From: Cetorhinus maximus
Taxonomy: Eukaryota
NCBI RefSeq assembly: GCF_964194155.1
Contig: NC_135898.1
Coordinates: 60,574,001-60,638,000 of the forward strand
Direction of reading: 5' to 3'
DNA: 64,000 bases
Within the stretch, counting starts at the first letter, position 1. Every line of letters begins with the position of its first letter. Positions 12,249 to 25,085 of this stretch are shown piece after piece. The notes under the pieces were generated by a model, which was not told the origin of the DNA, made no database searches, and worked only from the letters and a program-made list of their open reading frames with translations. Position numbers and translations under genes: made by a program.

Positions 12249-12998
12249 GTTCACTGGTCAACATAAACGTTGGGATTCCTACAGATCCACGTGTGATAAA
12301 ATTGGCCTTTATTGGCAACCTCAAATAGGGCCTGAACCATTTGCTCACTCTGCAAGCTTGATGCTGGAATAAGATGCATCAAAACCATCCTGCAAGATAA
12401 TGGCTACCCTGATCAGATCATTGCTTGCTGTATATCACGCAAACTCATGAATGGGCCTAAGGCCAACCACGTTCAGTCCTGAAAAGTGCCCAACCTACCT
12501 CAGATTACCCTGGAAGGGTAAGGTGTCTCAAAAGTTTAAGCAAGAGGCGAAGCTAGCCGTTTAATGCTGTTACTATGCAGTAGTGAGATGAGTGGCATTC
12601 TCCACTGACAGAATACTGCATCACACACAGGGCCTTGTCCTTTGCAGACAGAAGAAATATGTGAATGCACTCTACCTTTTTCAACTAACAAAAGCTTGGG
12701 GACAGCCATTCCCTGGTTCATTCCCCATGGCAATGCCTTGATGAATCAGAGTTGACTTGCCTGGTTTAAATTTGAACAATAGCTTGGCAGTTAACTGTTC
12801 CTTGCAGCATTCTCCATGGCACACCTCTACCAATCAGAGTCCACTTGCAAACTAATCGGCACTCTCTTCTTATACAGTATAAATTGTTGTTCCCTTTGCT
12901 GTTGGTAATCTTGCAATCTCTCCTGATGAGTGCAAGACAAAAAGCTTAGACAGCATGTCTCTCAGCAATACCTCACATTCTGTACTACCAAACGACTA
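12249..12998 (+). mobile_element. Penelope-like retroelement fragment (RT thumb, GIY-YIG C-terminus, pLTR)
   Basis: Translates to FTGQHKRWDSY, ILQDNGYPDQII, PTYLRLPWKG and TQGLVLCRQKKYVNALYLF; hammerhead-like motif at 12919-12952. Confidence 0.85.
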
Positions 12999-13130
12999 CT
13001 TTTCAAATACTTTTTCCATCTAATGGATTTGGCTTCTTTGAAATTTGTGAACAATATTTTCTAATGTATTTATTGTATTAATTGCTATTGCATTGGTTAC
13101 TGCCCAGTAGTAAAGCACCTCCTAGACATA

Positions 13131-13899
13131 GGGTGGAATTTAATGATTGCTGCATTGGCCCCATCCACCAGCTGGAGAACCAGAGGCAACCCCATCCTGG
13201 CCATTTCCAGGAGGCCTGACAGAATTAAATCCAATTAGGCAGCCTGCTGCCTCCCATTGGTGTTCCTAGCTCCTACAAGAGGAATTTCCCAGAATTTTCT
13301 CCTGCATGGTGGATATCCTGCCTCAGAGTTACTGATCAATCAGAGGCTGGCAGCTCTCCAGTACCGGGAGCCTCACCGGGAGCGGTGGCCACTGCCACAA
13401 TTGCACTACAGCCGAGAATGAGGATCATTGCCAGAGCCCAGGAACGCAGGTAATTGGGGTGGGGTCGCTAGGGAGGCTCCAGATAGTGGGTTGAGGGGGT
13501 TCGCTCTAAAGGGAGGGGTGATGGCTTCCCGCAGGTCCCTCACTTGCTGTTAGTGGGTCCCTCTGTAGGGCATGAGGAGGTCCCCTGTCAGGCCACCGGC
13601 AAGCCCACCATGGTTTACCTGATACTTTGCCCACATAGCATAGCCCATGCCCACCGCTGGTTGAATCCAGTGACAACTGGATGAGATCCTTAATTGGCCA
13701 CTTATGGGCTTCAATGGACTGTCGGGTGGGAAGGCCGTTCTTGACCCTCCCCATCCCAGACTTAATTGTGTGTGGGAGGGGTGGGGGGGAGTGGTGTTGG
13801 AATTGGTAAGGCAAAAGCCTCTCAACCCCATGCCTTTTCACCCCATTTTAGGCACCACCACCCCCAACCTGCCTCCAGGAGGGCCATTAAATTCCACCC
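13131..13899. mobile_element. MITE with 15-bp perfect terminal inverted repeats (probably Harbinger/PIF-type)
   Basis: GGGTGGAATTTAATG at 13131-13145 and CATTAAATTCCACCC at 13885-13899; GC-rich non-coding interior. Confidence 0.8.
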
Positions 13900-13900
13900 T

Positions 13901-14745
13901 CGTGGGTTTGGGTCAGATGAAATGTAAAGATGTTAAAAAAAGAAATCTCAATTCTGACCCCATTCCACCCACTTCCAGTTTTAATGGAGGTGGATTGGTA
14001 GTAAACCACCAATCTGCTCCCAAGAGGTAGTTTGGTTATTTAAATATTATAATGAAGCTGCTTGCCTCTGATTTTATATCCATTTTAAATTTCCACGCAG
14101 GCTGGTCAGCTTTCCCGGGCCACAGGAAACAGCGGTTAAAGGAGAGCGCTGTTGAATTCAGCAGGTAACTACTGTCAAGTGCTTTCCCACTCACCTAGTG
14201 GAATCAGCTTACTTGCCCCCCTTCCTCCATCCTAGCGATTGAATACTCTTGTCTGCCTCCCCAGCCATGTTCTCCAACTGACTCAATCATTCCAATTTCT
14301 TACTGCCCTCCCCAACACCACTGATTGCCCTCCAGCCTCCAATCTCTCCCTCCCTCCAGCCCCCTGATGTGTCTCTGGTTCCCCTTGTTTGATGCCTCCA
14401 ACCCTTTGATCGATCCATGTCTCTCTGATCTCTCTGACTCTGAGGTATCGCATCTTCCAATGGCCCTGGCACCCCCCCACCCTCCCATGTCTCTGGCCCT
14501 CTGATCAATCCACAGCCCCAGACCTACCATCTGTCCCTCCCCCCTGTCCACTCCCAGGCTGTGGCCTGGTGTTAGGCAGACGATGAAACAGCCTCTGGCT
14601 GGCTGCGGCTGGGAAACAGCCTGAAATTGCTAATCAGGCCCTACCTTTAAATCCAGAAGGTCCTGAGGGAAAGGGTTCTTCAGGGTTTCCCAACCTCAAA
14701 ACAGCCACCAGCACCCTCCCCACCCCCAAGTTCACATCAGGGCCA
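13901..14745. mobile_element. Decayed non-autonomous DNA transposon-like repeat
   Basis: GC-rich block with C/T-rich low-complexity middle; resembles 62745-62890; termini not resolved. Confidence 0.4.
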
Positions 14746-15662
14746 TAGCTCCTGTTTAAATCTTACGGGAATAGTTTGAACTTTAGAGAATTGTGTAAAA
14801 CAAGCACCATCAAATTAGCCAACCATTATATACAATGCCCAATTTTCCTTAAATGTAAGTCAACAAAAGATAAAGTGCAGGAAGGTGGATGATAGATGGT
14901 CAATTTGATATTTTCCATTTTACACCATTGCCCAAAGTTAAAACTCCCCATTCCCACCTATTCATTCATACTTTGCATCTTACATATTGCAAGCTGCAGG
15001 TTACTGAACATAAACAATTTTTTTAAGGTTATAAGAATATTTAGGACCTGGAAAGGACCATCAAGCACAAACAAGCTTGTGCCTTTTTCATAGATTAACC
15101 ACACCTCACAAACCTTTCTCTCTCCAGAACTGCAGCCAATTGTTTCTAGAACCCATGTTATTTAACTAATGGACTATTTAACGAGAATTTGTGTTCACCT
15201 TTCATAACGGTTTTATTTGCTTTACCACTAACATCACCAACGAGAATCTTAGTTCTGTGAAAATGCAGTTATTGATATTTTCACTTACTTTGAAAGACTG
15301 TTTCTGAATTATTAATTTTTCACATGTATAAATGAACCTCAACAAATCAGTATGTTATCCCGTATGTTAATTTAATTATTCCTCTTTTTCCACTATTTTC
15401 CTGCTTCCATAAATGTACTCTGGGCCCCGAGCTCCTCAAAGGTATTATTAATGCTGATTTGTACTGGAAGACGTGAAGTAATTCTACTTTTCTCACCCTA
15501 AATAAAGCACACTGTTCACACAAGAGATACTGATAATATATTTTACTCGTGACATAGTAGTTTAATTATTAATGAATGATCTGTTTATTTCTGCTTTTAT
15601 AAGACACACAACCACAACACCAACTTTGAGATTTGATTGAATCCCAGCTGTGTATCTAACTA

Positions 15663-16228
15663 ATCATAAGCATCTTACAGTGAAGAAGGAGGCAGTTCAG
15701 CCCACTGCGTGCGCCAGCTCAAGGAATGAGCTATACAATTAGTGCCACTCCCCTCTTCTTCTACCCTTCACATATTTATGAAAGATTTTTGAAAGTTACT
15801 GTTGAAATGGCTTCCACTAACTTTTCAGACTGTCCATTTGAGCTGCTTGTAAAAATGTTGCCTCAAATCATGTCTGTCTCTTTTGCCAATTACTTTAAAT
15901 TTATGTCCTCTGGTTATTGTTGCTTTTGCCATTGGAAACTGTTTTCCCTACTTACCCTATCAAAGCCCTTTATGATTTTGAAAACCTCTGTTAAATCTCT
16001 CTTTAATTGTCTCTGCCGTAAGGAGCACAATCCCAGTTTCTCTAGTCTCTTCGTGTAACTGAAGTCCCTCAACCTTGGCACCATTTTAGTAAATCTCCTC
16101 TGCACCTTCTCCAAAGCCTTGACAATCTTCCAAACGTGTGGTGCCCAGAATTGGATACAATGTTCCACATGATGTCTAAACAGTGATTCATGAAGGTTTA
16201 GCATAACTTCCTTGCTTTTCGACTCTAT
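15663..16228 (-). mobile_element. CR1 LINE 3' fragment
   Basis: EHCIQFWAPH...LEKVQRRFTKMVPRL...RDLTEVFKIIKGFDRV; ends where the Harbinger element begins. Confidence 0.88.
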
Positions 16229-17567
16229 GGACGGAATTTTCCCATCCCGCCCGCGACAGGTTTCATGGTGGGTGGGAGCGGAAAATCCAGCTGCAGGCAA
16301 AAAGTCGGCAATCCGTCAGTGTAAAAACAGTTGGAAATTCTGCCGATGGTGGGTTTATGGCGGGTCAGTTATCCCGCCGAGTGGTGTGAACGTCATTTGC
16401 ATTCATTAACATCTCATGAATGCTCATTAAAACAACTGTTCGCTGGAATCTTGTCACGCCTTCCAATCTTGCCTCACACCAGCGGGGAATTACTTCAGCC
16501 TCAAACACATTTGAAAAGGGATGGCGTGCACAAGTCAGACCTCAGTTCACTCGTAACTTCGAGGTGAGTGCACCTGCCATAGTGCTGCGCTGGTCTGGTT
16601 GAGATGAGCGCCACACTGCTGGGGCTGTAGGGTTGGTTTGGTCCTGCTGTTTGTCTATGTTGTCCCAAAGGACACCCCACTGTGCTGTGGTGCTCAGGCA
16701 GGTCTCCACTTTCAGACTGTGACCAGTACTGCGGTCCGGGTTGGGGAGTGCAGGGGTATTCTGCTTTCAGTGGCTGAGATTGTTGTCCACAAGGACACCA
16801 CCGTGCAGTGACAGTCAGGCAGAACTCCACTTTCGGAAACTAGCACTTCAACTGAGGTTGGGCTGTGAGGCGAGGGTGGGGTTGATGAACACGAGGTGGG
16901 CAATGGGGAGGGAAGGCTGTAGAATGGCAGTGAGGGGGAAAGGTGAACATGAGGGGGTCACCCTGTAACCTCTTGGTGCTGCAGGAGTCTGCTTAGAAAG
17001 AAAGGAGGAAGACCTCCTTGCGATGAAAGTCACTGAAAGCCAATGGTTTCATTAGCACTGTTAAAGGGCTACTCAGAAGTCAGTGGCTTCACATCACAGT
17101 CGCTGCATCTCAAGAGTAACACGTAGGAATGTAGAATTTGGGAATGCAGGCAATAGTGAAGGAGGCACAGCTGTATCATATATGGCATTCCATCAATGAA
17201 GTGTTCACCAGATTTGACATTCCTAATAGGCCAAAGGGCATCCAGTCATTGACCATGAGCAACTAACTGGTCATTAATATGCCACATCAGAGATTGGAGT
17301 AGAGAGCTATTGCGTCACTCATCTCAATTAAACCTTAGCATCCCACACAGGGCTCAAGAATTTACATATCTGTGATGCCATCTTGGTCACCTCGATGTGT
17401 GTGTTAGTTTCTCAGGGAAGAGGTGGCATCAGCCACCATGCAAGTAGGCAGGAAAAGCTATGAACCCTTAACAGTTTCCATACATGTCATCTTCTGAGCT
17501 TCACTTTCTTGCCCCTTGAGTAATTGATGTCTTCAATGTTTCCTTCAGAGAGAAGGCAAAAGCACAT

Positions 17568-18804
17568 ATGGATTCAGGGCTCAATGCTGCCTTTGTTAGG
17601 GTCCTAATGTAATGGAGGAGGCAAAGGAGGGAGAGGCGACTCTGTGTGCAGCTCCAGCAGGGGGCCATGCCTGAGGCACATGGTCAAGCGGAGCCAGAGC
17701 ATGAACAGGAGGGTCAGGTGTAGAGACCCAGACAACGGAGGGGAATCGCCAGACCTAGGGTTTATCATAGAAGAGTGTCTTATTTACAAATGAGAGAGGG
17801 GCAATGCCCTGCATGTCTGCACTTGTCATGAGCTCTGGTACGTCATATATGCCACATTCTTGTGAAGACCTGATGCCACGTGGAGTTGGAGGGTATCCCC
17901 TGCCAGTGGCTTTGAAAGTGACTGCATAGCTAAACTTACTTGCCTCTGGGCCTTTCCGAGGATCAAAAGGGGACCTGTGCCGCACCTCTCAGTCTACAAC
18001 ACATCAATGTATAAAGGAAGTCACAGATGTCCTTAACAGGAAGGCCCATAATTGTGTCAGGTTTGCTCTGGACGAAGATAGCCAGGGTATGACATTCACC
18101 AGCTTTGCCGCCATCTCAGGCTTCCCAAGAGTGCAGGGTGCAATAGACTGCAAGTATGTGGTTATACGGGCTCCATGGCAGCAGGCTCCAATGTTTATAA
18201 ACCGCAAGGGCTATCATTCCATCAATGTACAACTGGTGTGTGATCACTGGAAGCACATACTGCACGTTTGTACACGGTACCCTGGGAGTTGCTGTGACTC
18301 CTACATCCTGAGTCACTCCCAGGTGCCTGAAATTTTCGAGGGGCCATTACGTCTGCAGGGATGGCTGCTTGGGGATAAGAGGTACCCACTGAAACGCTGG
18401 CTGATGACATTGGTGCATTGCCCTCGGAGTCATTCCGGGGGGAGGTACAACGCTGCTCAGAGTTCCACACACTCCTTTTATAGAGCAGACCATAGGGCTT
18501 CTGAAGATGTGGCCCAGGCATCTAAAACACTCAGGTGGCTCACTCCAATACACTCTCGACAGGGTTTTCCGCATCGTCGCAATGTGTTGTGCCCTTCACA
18601 ATCTGGTATGCAAAGAGGTGACCCCCCCAGCCAGAGGATGAACTGGAGGAGGATGAGAGCTCATCGGAGGATGAAGATCTGAGGCCAGAGTTACCTCAGG
18701 AGGTAGCTGAGGGTCACCATGATTGCGATCAAGCCATGGAGGAAGGAAGACGTGGTAGACGTGCCCGTAATACGTTAATTGTCAACAGGTTTTAGGAAGA
18801 GTAA
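17568..18804 (+). pseudogene. Harbinger (HARBI1-like) DDE transposase, disrupted
   Basis: PLPVALKVTA, FAAISGFPRVQGAIDC, NRKGYHSINVQLVCD, YPGSCCDSYIL, WLLGDKRYPL, IEQTIGLLKM and C-terminal RARNTLIVNRF; several stops and frameshifts. Confidence 0.9.
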
Positions 18805-19465
18805 AGTCAAGTGAGGCAGATGGCTATACCTCTCCTAGGTCTCAATGCCATCTTCTTTCAACTCAGGGGATCTCCAACCGTTTGCAGCAAAAAAGAATGC
18901 TGTGTTCACATTGCGCGGTCTTGCATCATGAATCGCCAGGCCATGATCTCTGCTTTCGTTCGTGGGGCCCTGTGAGTGAGCTCACTCTGGGAACTGAGTC
19001 CATTGAGGAACAAGATTGATGCGAGAGAAGACTTGAAGCCTTTGCCACCATCTAATGATACAAACACTGCTGTGACTGAGATGTGGATATGCCTAGGGAT
19101 GATCTCCTCCCGTGCATGCCTTGTCTTCTGCCACTACTACTGAGGAGACACAAATGCCACTAGATTATCAATGCTGATGAGCTGCCCTCACTCAATGGTG
19201 TCCCTTGAGAAAGAAGGGTTAGAAACGTTTACATCATACACTTCAAATAAAGATTTAAACACATCTCCCTGACATCACACAAGGGTACGGAGATTAGTTC
19301 AACTGAGGTTGACGTCACAAGAATGCGAATCTCACAGTGCGACACTATCACTGAGTGGGAGGATGGCTAAACCTCGGCATGAGGATTCCAATGTACAAAA
19401 TCACAAATTACACAAAAGTGTAATTTCTTTACAAGTATAGCACATCTGTGACACAAAATTGACAT

Positions 19466-20090
19466 CAATTTTTCTTAACTTTCCTACCTCTACTACTACA
19501 CCTGCGTACAGCCTGACATCTGCTGCAGCCTGCTGACTGCTATGTTATGTCTGTAATGACCTTGGTGTATGTTCTCAGGTGGCCTGTGGCCTGGAGGGCC
19601 CTGGTCTGATCAGGGTCATCTGCTCAGGGGCAAAAGCGTCCTTAACAGCCTGAGCAGCTGGAGTGGATGGGGTCACAGGCAGAGGGGGCTCTTGGAGTTT
19701 ACTGAGTGGTGGCCCCCTGAGTGTCAGGATGACGCTCATCCTCCCTGTGGGTGCCTGAGGGCCCCGTCCTGACTCCTGCAGGAGATGGTGCACCCGAAGG
19801 GAGGTCAAGGTGTCTCGTCCCCATGTTGCCTACATCCTGATGGTGCTAACCACGGTGTGTGGCCATGGAGTGCAGGGATGAGCCCAAACCCAGCAAGACC
19901 TGCTGGACCAAGGTCTCCATGGTGGTCACCAGAGGCACTTGCATGTTGTTGCATCTCCAGCATTGAGTTGGCAGCTGCTTCCAGAGGCTCATCATCTGAG
20001 TCGGACTGAGCGGGTGGCTGGTCTCCAGCAGTGCTTCGAGTTCTGGAGACCTGGGCTGTCCCTGCCTCTGACTTTTCCATCCACAATACA
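19466..20090 (-). pseudogene. C-terminal remnant of the Harbinger second (Myb/SANT-partner) ORF
   Basis: Convergent with the transposase; P/S-rich segments (RPGPSRPQA) and basic end AVRRCSSRGRKVKK; the Myb domain itself is not seen. Confidence 0.55.
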
Positions 20091-20424
20091 GCAGAACTTA
20101 GTCAACTTCCTGTTCTGTGTAGAAAATAATGAATTACTGGAGTAAACTACAAGGCTATAATCTAAACAAGCTGCTCAGATAATGTCACAAAACTTGACGG
20201 TGAACTCCAAGTTGTTTATAAATACCTGTGATCTACTGTCCTTTATCACTGCATCGCACAATATTGCTTCTTAATTCTACATTCATTTATAATCATCCAC
20301 TGTTCAGGAACATTCACTTATTCAGGACTATTCATGAAATATTAGCAGTTTTGTGTTTAATCGCATTTCGATAATGTCTTTAATTGTAATCAGAATACAT
20401 TTGAGAAATGTATGACCAACTGTC

Positions 20425-20857
20425 AGTTGTGGTTCAGCTGGTAGCATTTTCACTTGAGTCAGAAGATTGGGGTTCATTGTCCCCACTCCAGCATTTAAGT
20501 ACATCACTTCTAGGCTGACACTTCAATGCAATACTGAGGGAGTGCTGTACTGTTATGGATACTGTCCCACGGATGCTATGTTAAGAGGCCCTGTCTGCCC
20601 TCAGGTTTACGCAAAGGATCCCATGGCACTATTTCGAAGAAGGACAGCAGAGTTGTCCCTGGTGCCCCAGCCAATATTTATTCCTCAATCAATATCACAA
20701 AAACATTTTTATATTTCTTTTTGTGGTGGCTAGCTGTGTGCAAATTGGCTGCCATGTTTCTTACATTACAAAGGTGGCTACAATTCAAAAAGTATCTAAT
20801 TCACTGTAAAACACTTTTAGGATAGTTGTGAAAGGCGTTATATAAATGTAAGTCTTT
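20425..20857 (+). mobile_element. tRNA-derived SINE with Deu-type central domain and L2-like tail (SacSINE1/AmnSINE1-like)
   Basis: A-box-like tggttcagctggtagc, B-box-like ggttcattgtcc, core gatcccatggcactatttcgaagaag, tail gtgaaaggcgttatataaatgtaagt. Confidence 0.8.
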
Positions 20858-21939
20858 TCTCCCATGGTGCTGATACAACTAAGATTAAGAGTTTATTGTA
20901 TGAGCATCAGGAATGTCAGCCCAAGACTTAGACCTGAGCACTTTGTCACAGGAATTCTAGCAACAGACTCCACCACTGCATCATCATTTGAGACTTTGAT
21001 TTTGCAGAATTTTCAATATTTCACAAATGTACTTTGTAAAATGGTGTCTTGATATCCCAGTAGTAGGAACTATCATATTTTGTAATTTTAAAAATGAATG
21101 TTCCTTTTAACTCTATAACCCCTTTTATACAATTTTAGTCATCTTGTGTTAGATGTTTTAAAATGGTTTAAAATTTTCACTAAATAAATTGAGAACTCTT
21201 TGTTTGATTACACTATAGATTCAGGAATGAGGTACAGCATCTCGCCAGCAGGGTGCACTGTGTAACACCACATCATCATAGCCCCTTCTGCCATGTTTAA
21301 ATAGAAATCAACATCAGCATTTTAACAAAACAATATGCAGCCTGAGTTTCTGATTCTCCACGGTACACACCCATGGAAATGTGTAATCTGTCTTATTACT
21401 TACCCTGTAATATACCATTTTAGTCATAACAATGAGATAAGGAACAATGTTAACCCCTGCCCAGCAGGGGAAGGGGTTAAAATCACATCTGAGACCAGCT
21501 GACTCCCCCATCATTTCAACTGATCTGTGCAGCTATATGTCAGCCACCTGCCCTAGGCAAGCAGGGTCCTAATTAAAAGGTTAAAGTCATGCTTTGATGT
21601 GGTCATACCTGCTCCCATCACATTTTAACTATACATTGCGGATGCTCCTCCCATTCTTGGATCATCAAGCATATCCTAGCAGGATTGACATTTGAGAGCT
21701 CCTGACACAGTATTAAGGGAGAGGGAAGGGGTCTACGCTCCAGCTCACCGAATCACAGGAACTTTTGTTGTCTGGATCGCCAGGAGTGTTTCAAGCTTCC
21801 AGACTGCTGTAACCACTTGCAACACAACCTACTGTTTGCAGGGATGGTGGAGAATACAAGCCTTGCCAGTGGCCCTCAAAGACATTATAGCCCTGAATAT
21901 TTATGCTGCTGGCTCCTTTCAGTCAGCAAAAAGGGGGTT

Positions 21940-23515
21940 ACAGACACACCGTTCACAGCTACACCTCCAAGCAGAACATCACCTTCCCCACTGACCTCAG
22001 CAGTCAACAGGAGAGGTTCAAACATGGACAGAAGAGCTGAACACCAGAGATCAGGTGGGAGTGACTGCCCTTGACATCAAGGCCGCTTTTGACCGAGTGT
22101 GACATCAAGGAGCCCTAGCAAAACTGGAGTCAAGGAGAATAGTGAGGAAACTCTCCACTGGTTGGAGTCATACCTAGCACAGAGGAAGACGGTTGTGGTT
22201 GTTGGAGGTCAGTCGTCTCAGCTTCAGGACATCACTGCAGTAGTTCCTCGGTGTAGTGTCCTTGGCCCAACCATCTTCAGCTGCTTCATCAATGACCTTC
22301 TACCATAAGTTAAGAAGTGGGGACGTTCACTGATGATCACACAATGTTCAGCACCGCTTGCAACTCCTCAGATACTGAAGCAGTCCATGTTCAAATGCAT
22401 TGAGACCTGGACAATATCCAGGCTTGGGCTGACAAATGGCAAGTAACATTCGCGCCACATAAGTGCAGGCAATGACCATCTCCATGACAGAATCTAACCA
22501 TCGCCCCTTGATATTCAATGGTATTACCATCCCTTAATCCCCCACTGTCAACATCCTGGGGGTTACCATTGACCAGAAACGGAACTGGACATATAAATAC
22601 TATGGCTACAAAAGAAAGTCAGAGGCTTGGAATCCTGCAGTGAGTAACTCACTTCCTGACTCCCCAAAGCCTGTCCACAAACTACAAGGCAAAAGTCAGG
22701 AGTGTGATGGAATACTCTCCGCTTGCCTGGATGAGTACAGCTCCAACAATACTCAAGAAGCTTGACACCATCCAAGACAAAGCAGCCCACTTGATTGGCA
22801 CCCCATCCACAAACATTCTGGCCCCATAGTAGCAGCAGTGTGTACCACCCACAAGATGCACTGCAGAAACACACAAAGCCTCCTTAGACACCAGGTGAGG
22901 TGGTGGCATAATGGTATTGTCACTGGACTGGTAATCGAGAGATCCAGGGTAATGCTCTGGGGACCGAGGTTTGAATTCCACCATGACAGATGGTGAAATT
23001 TCTGAATTAAAAAAAAATCTGGAATTAAAAGTCTGATGGCCGATTGTCATAAAAACCCATCAGATTCACTAATGCCCTACCTGGTCTGGCCTACATATGA
23101 CTCCAGACCCAGCAATGACTCTTAAATGCCCTTTAAACAAGGGCAAAGGGATGGGTAATAAATGCTGCCCAGCGATGCCCACATCCCATGAACAAATAAA
23201 AAAAAACCTTCCAAACCCATGACCACTGCCATCTAGAAGGTCAAGGGCAGCAGATACATGGGAACACCACCACCTGGAAGTTCCCCTCCAAGCCACCCAC
23301 CATCCTGACTTGGAAATATATTGCTGTTCCTTCACTGTCACTGGGTCAAAATCCTGGAACACCCTCCCCTGCAGAACTGTGGGTGCACCTACACCACATG
23401 AACTGCAACGATTCAAGAAGGCAGCTCACCACCATCTTCTCAAGGGCAATTAGGGATGGGCAATAAATGCTGGCCTAGCCAGCGAAGTCCACATCCCATG
23501 AATGAATAAAAAAAA
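21940..23515 (+). mobile_element. CR1-clade LINE family A copy
   Basis: WLESYLAQRKTVVVVGG, SVLGPTIFSCFINDL; 3' tail ending aatgaataaaaaaaa. Confidence 0.9.
22893..23205 (+). mobile_element. tRNA-derived SINE sharing the family A LINE 3' tail
   Basis: A box TGGCATAATGG (22904), B box GGTTTGAATTCC (22968); tail 23138-23205 matches LINE tail 23441-23515; ACC on both sides. Confidence 0.88.
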
Positions 23516-25085
23516 CTCATGGTTTTGCAGCAATTGCTGCCTTCCATCATTTGTAGGACATGATTGACTGTATGCATGTGGCCATTAGGGCATCAGAACA
23601 CAAGCCAGCAACATTAGTAATAGAATGGGGTACCAATCTATCAATGTACAGTTCATGGCTGATCACAGGAATAACATCGTGCAGATCTAGGCAATCTATC
23701 CAGCAAGTTTCCAAGATGTTTTTGTTCTCAGATACTGTACCAATCCCTGCTATTCAATCTTAGGAGCAGTGTGACAGGATGGCTGCTAGGAAACAACCAA
23801 TAGCTCCTGAAGAACTGATTTCTGATGTGCCTGCACAATTCCGCCATGGCAGACTACTCAAACAGAGCATAAGATATCTGGACTACTCATTAGACTGTCT
23901 ACAATATACCACCTGATAGACACAGCTCTCATGATGTGAAATGAACAATATGACATTGCAGGTAGCCTAAATTTGGAAATGGAAGAGATGCAATAGTCAT
24001 TACCAGATGAGGAAGACCTGGAGAAAGGAGATGAAGCGGCAGAGGAAGGAGGGCCAAGTCAGCACCTTGCATCCAGAGATGACAGGAATCAGCTCCTAAA
24101 TCAGCAACTCTGGTGAGTCTCATGCACCCAAGAACTTCCAAAGAGATTCTGAAATAACAATCTGAATCATAACCCTGAAGTATTTAATTGTCCCTATAAA
24201 TAGCGCTGGTGGAGGTGACCCTTCTTGCTGCTGAATGCGTGTTCAGCTATGCGAGGTTAATTGAGGGGGTTAGCTGGAGCGTTGAGCTCCAAAATGACAG
24301 TGCTGGTGTCAAATCAGCTTTACATATTGATTGGCATCACAATCTGCCTACTCTGTGTACTTCCGTTGCCATTACTGGCATGACTGCTGGCGCCTTCCTC
24401 AAAATGGCACCTGGTACAGCTCACACCAAGAATATGCACCATGCATTCCATTATGGAAGCAAAACAGCACTGGTAGCATTAAAAAAAACAGGTGCTAAGG
24501 AATTTTAATTCATGGTCTAAACCTCCAGTAAATTTAGTCCAGAGCAGGACAGCCTAACTAATCATATATTCTGCTTCTGCAATTGGATGACTGTTGAATT
24601 TAAGGCTTATATAGAATTTCATAATTCCATGGGCACAGAATTTACAACAAATATAACCCAGTCTTTTCTCTTCCTCCACAGCCTCTCTTTAGGAAAACAA
24701 TGAAAATCTTGATTCCCCCTACATTGCTGGCAGTGATATGATTGTTCCGCTCTTTTGAGTTATTTCTAGCAAATTTCTTCATACAGTTAGATGCAGGAAA
24801 TTCCTCAATCTCGTAATGATAGACTGTGAGAAGTGAACTGGAAATGGACTCCACAGTGAGCCTTTTAGTTATTGTGACTTATTCTATTTCTCATCTATAT
24901 GCAGTTACTATTAATGTCAATGCACTATAGTATGGTTTTATTTATAACTGATGAATCAGGATACTATACAACCATTCTGCAGCTTTCTGAGGCCAACAGG
25001 CTTTATTTTGCTTATATTTCACCAAAATGAATTATTTTTAAGACTGCCATGTGGCAAAGTGCCAACACAGAATCAAAGGAACACA

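Larger units (their letters stand above)
16229..20095. mobile_element. Harbinger/PIF DNA transposon, decayed, right end apparently missing
   Basis: Left terminus GGACGGAATTTTCC with subterminal hairpin; + strand DDE transposase facing a - strand second ORF, the Harbinger two-gene layout. Confidence 0.85.
21440..24507 (+). mobile_element. Second, older Harbinger remnant split by a LINE and a SINE
   Basis: ALPVALKDIIALNIYAAGSFQSA at ~21860-21930 and HGFAAIAAF..MIDCMHVAIRA from 23518 parallel the transposase at 17568-18804; outer limits uncertain. Confidence 0.7.

Noticed and set aside
12055-12348. 97-aa minus-strand ORF as a gene
   Set aside because: Partly antisense to the Penelope RT fragment; no recognisable domain
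18089-18682. Functional HARBI1 host gene
   Set aside because: Stops and frameshifts flank the ORF, and it lies within a transposon with a terminus and partner ORF
22893-22985. tRNA gene
   Set aside because: A and B boxes are present, but there is no cloverleaf and the sequence continues into a SINE body and LINE tail
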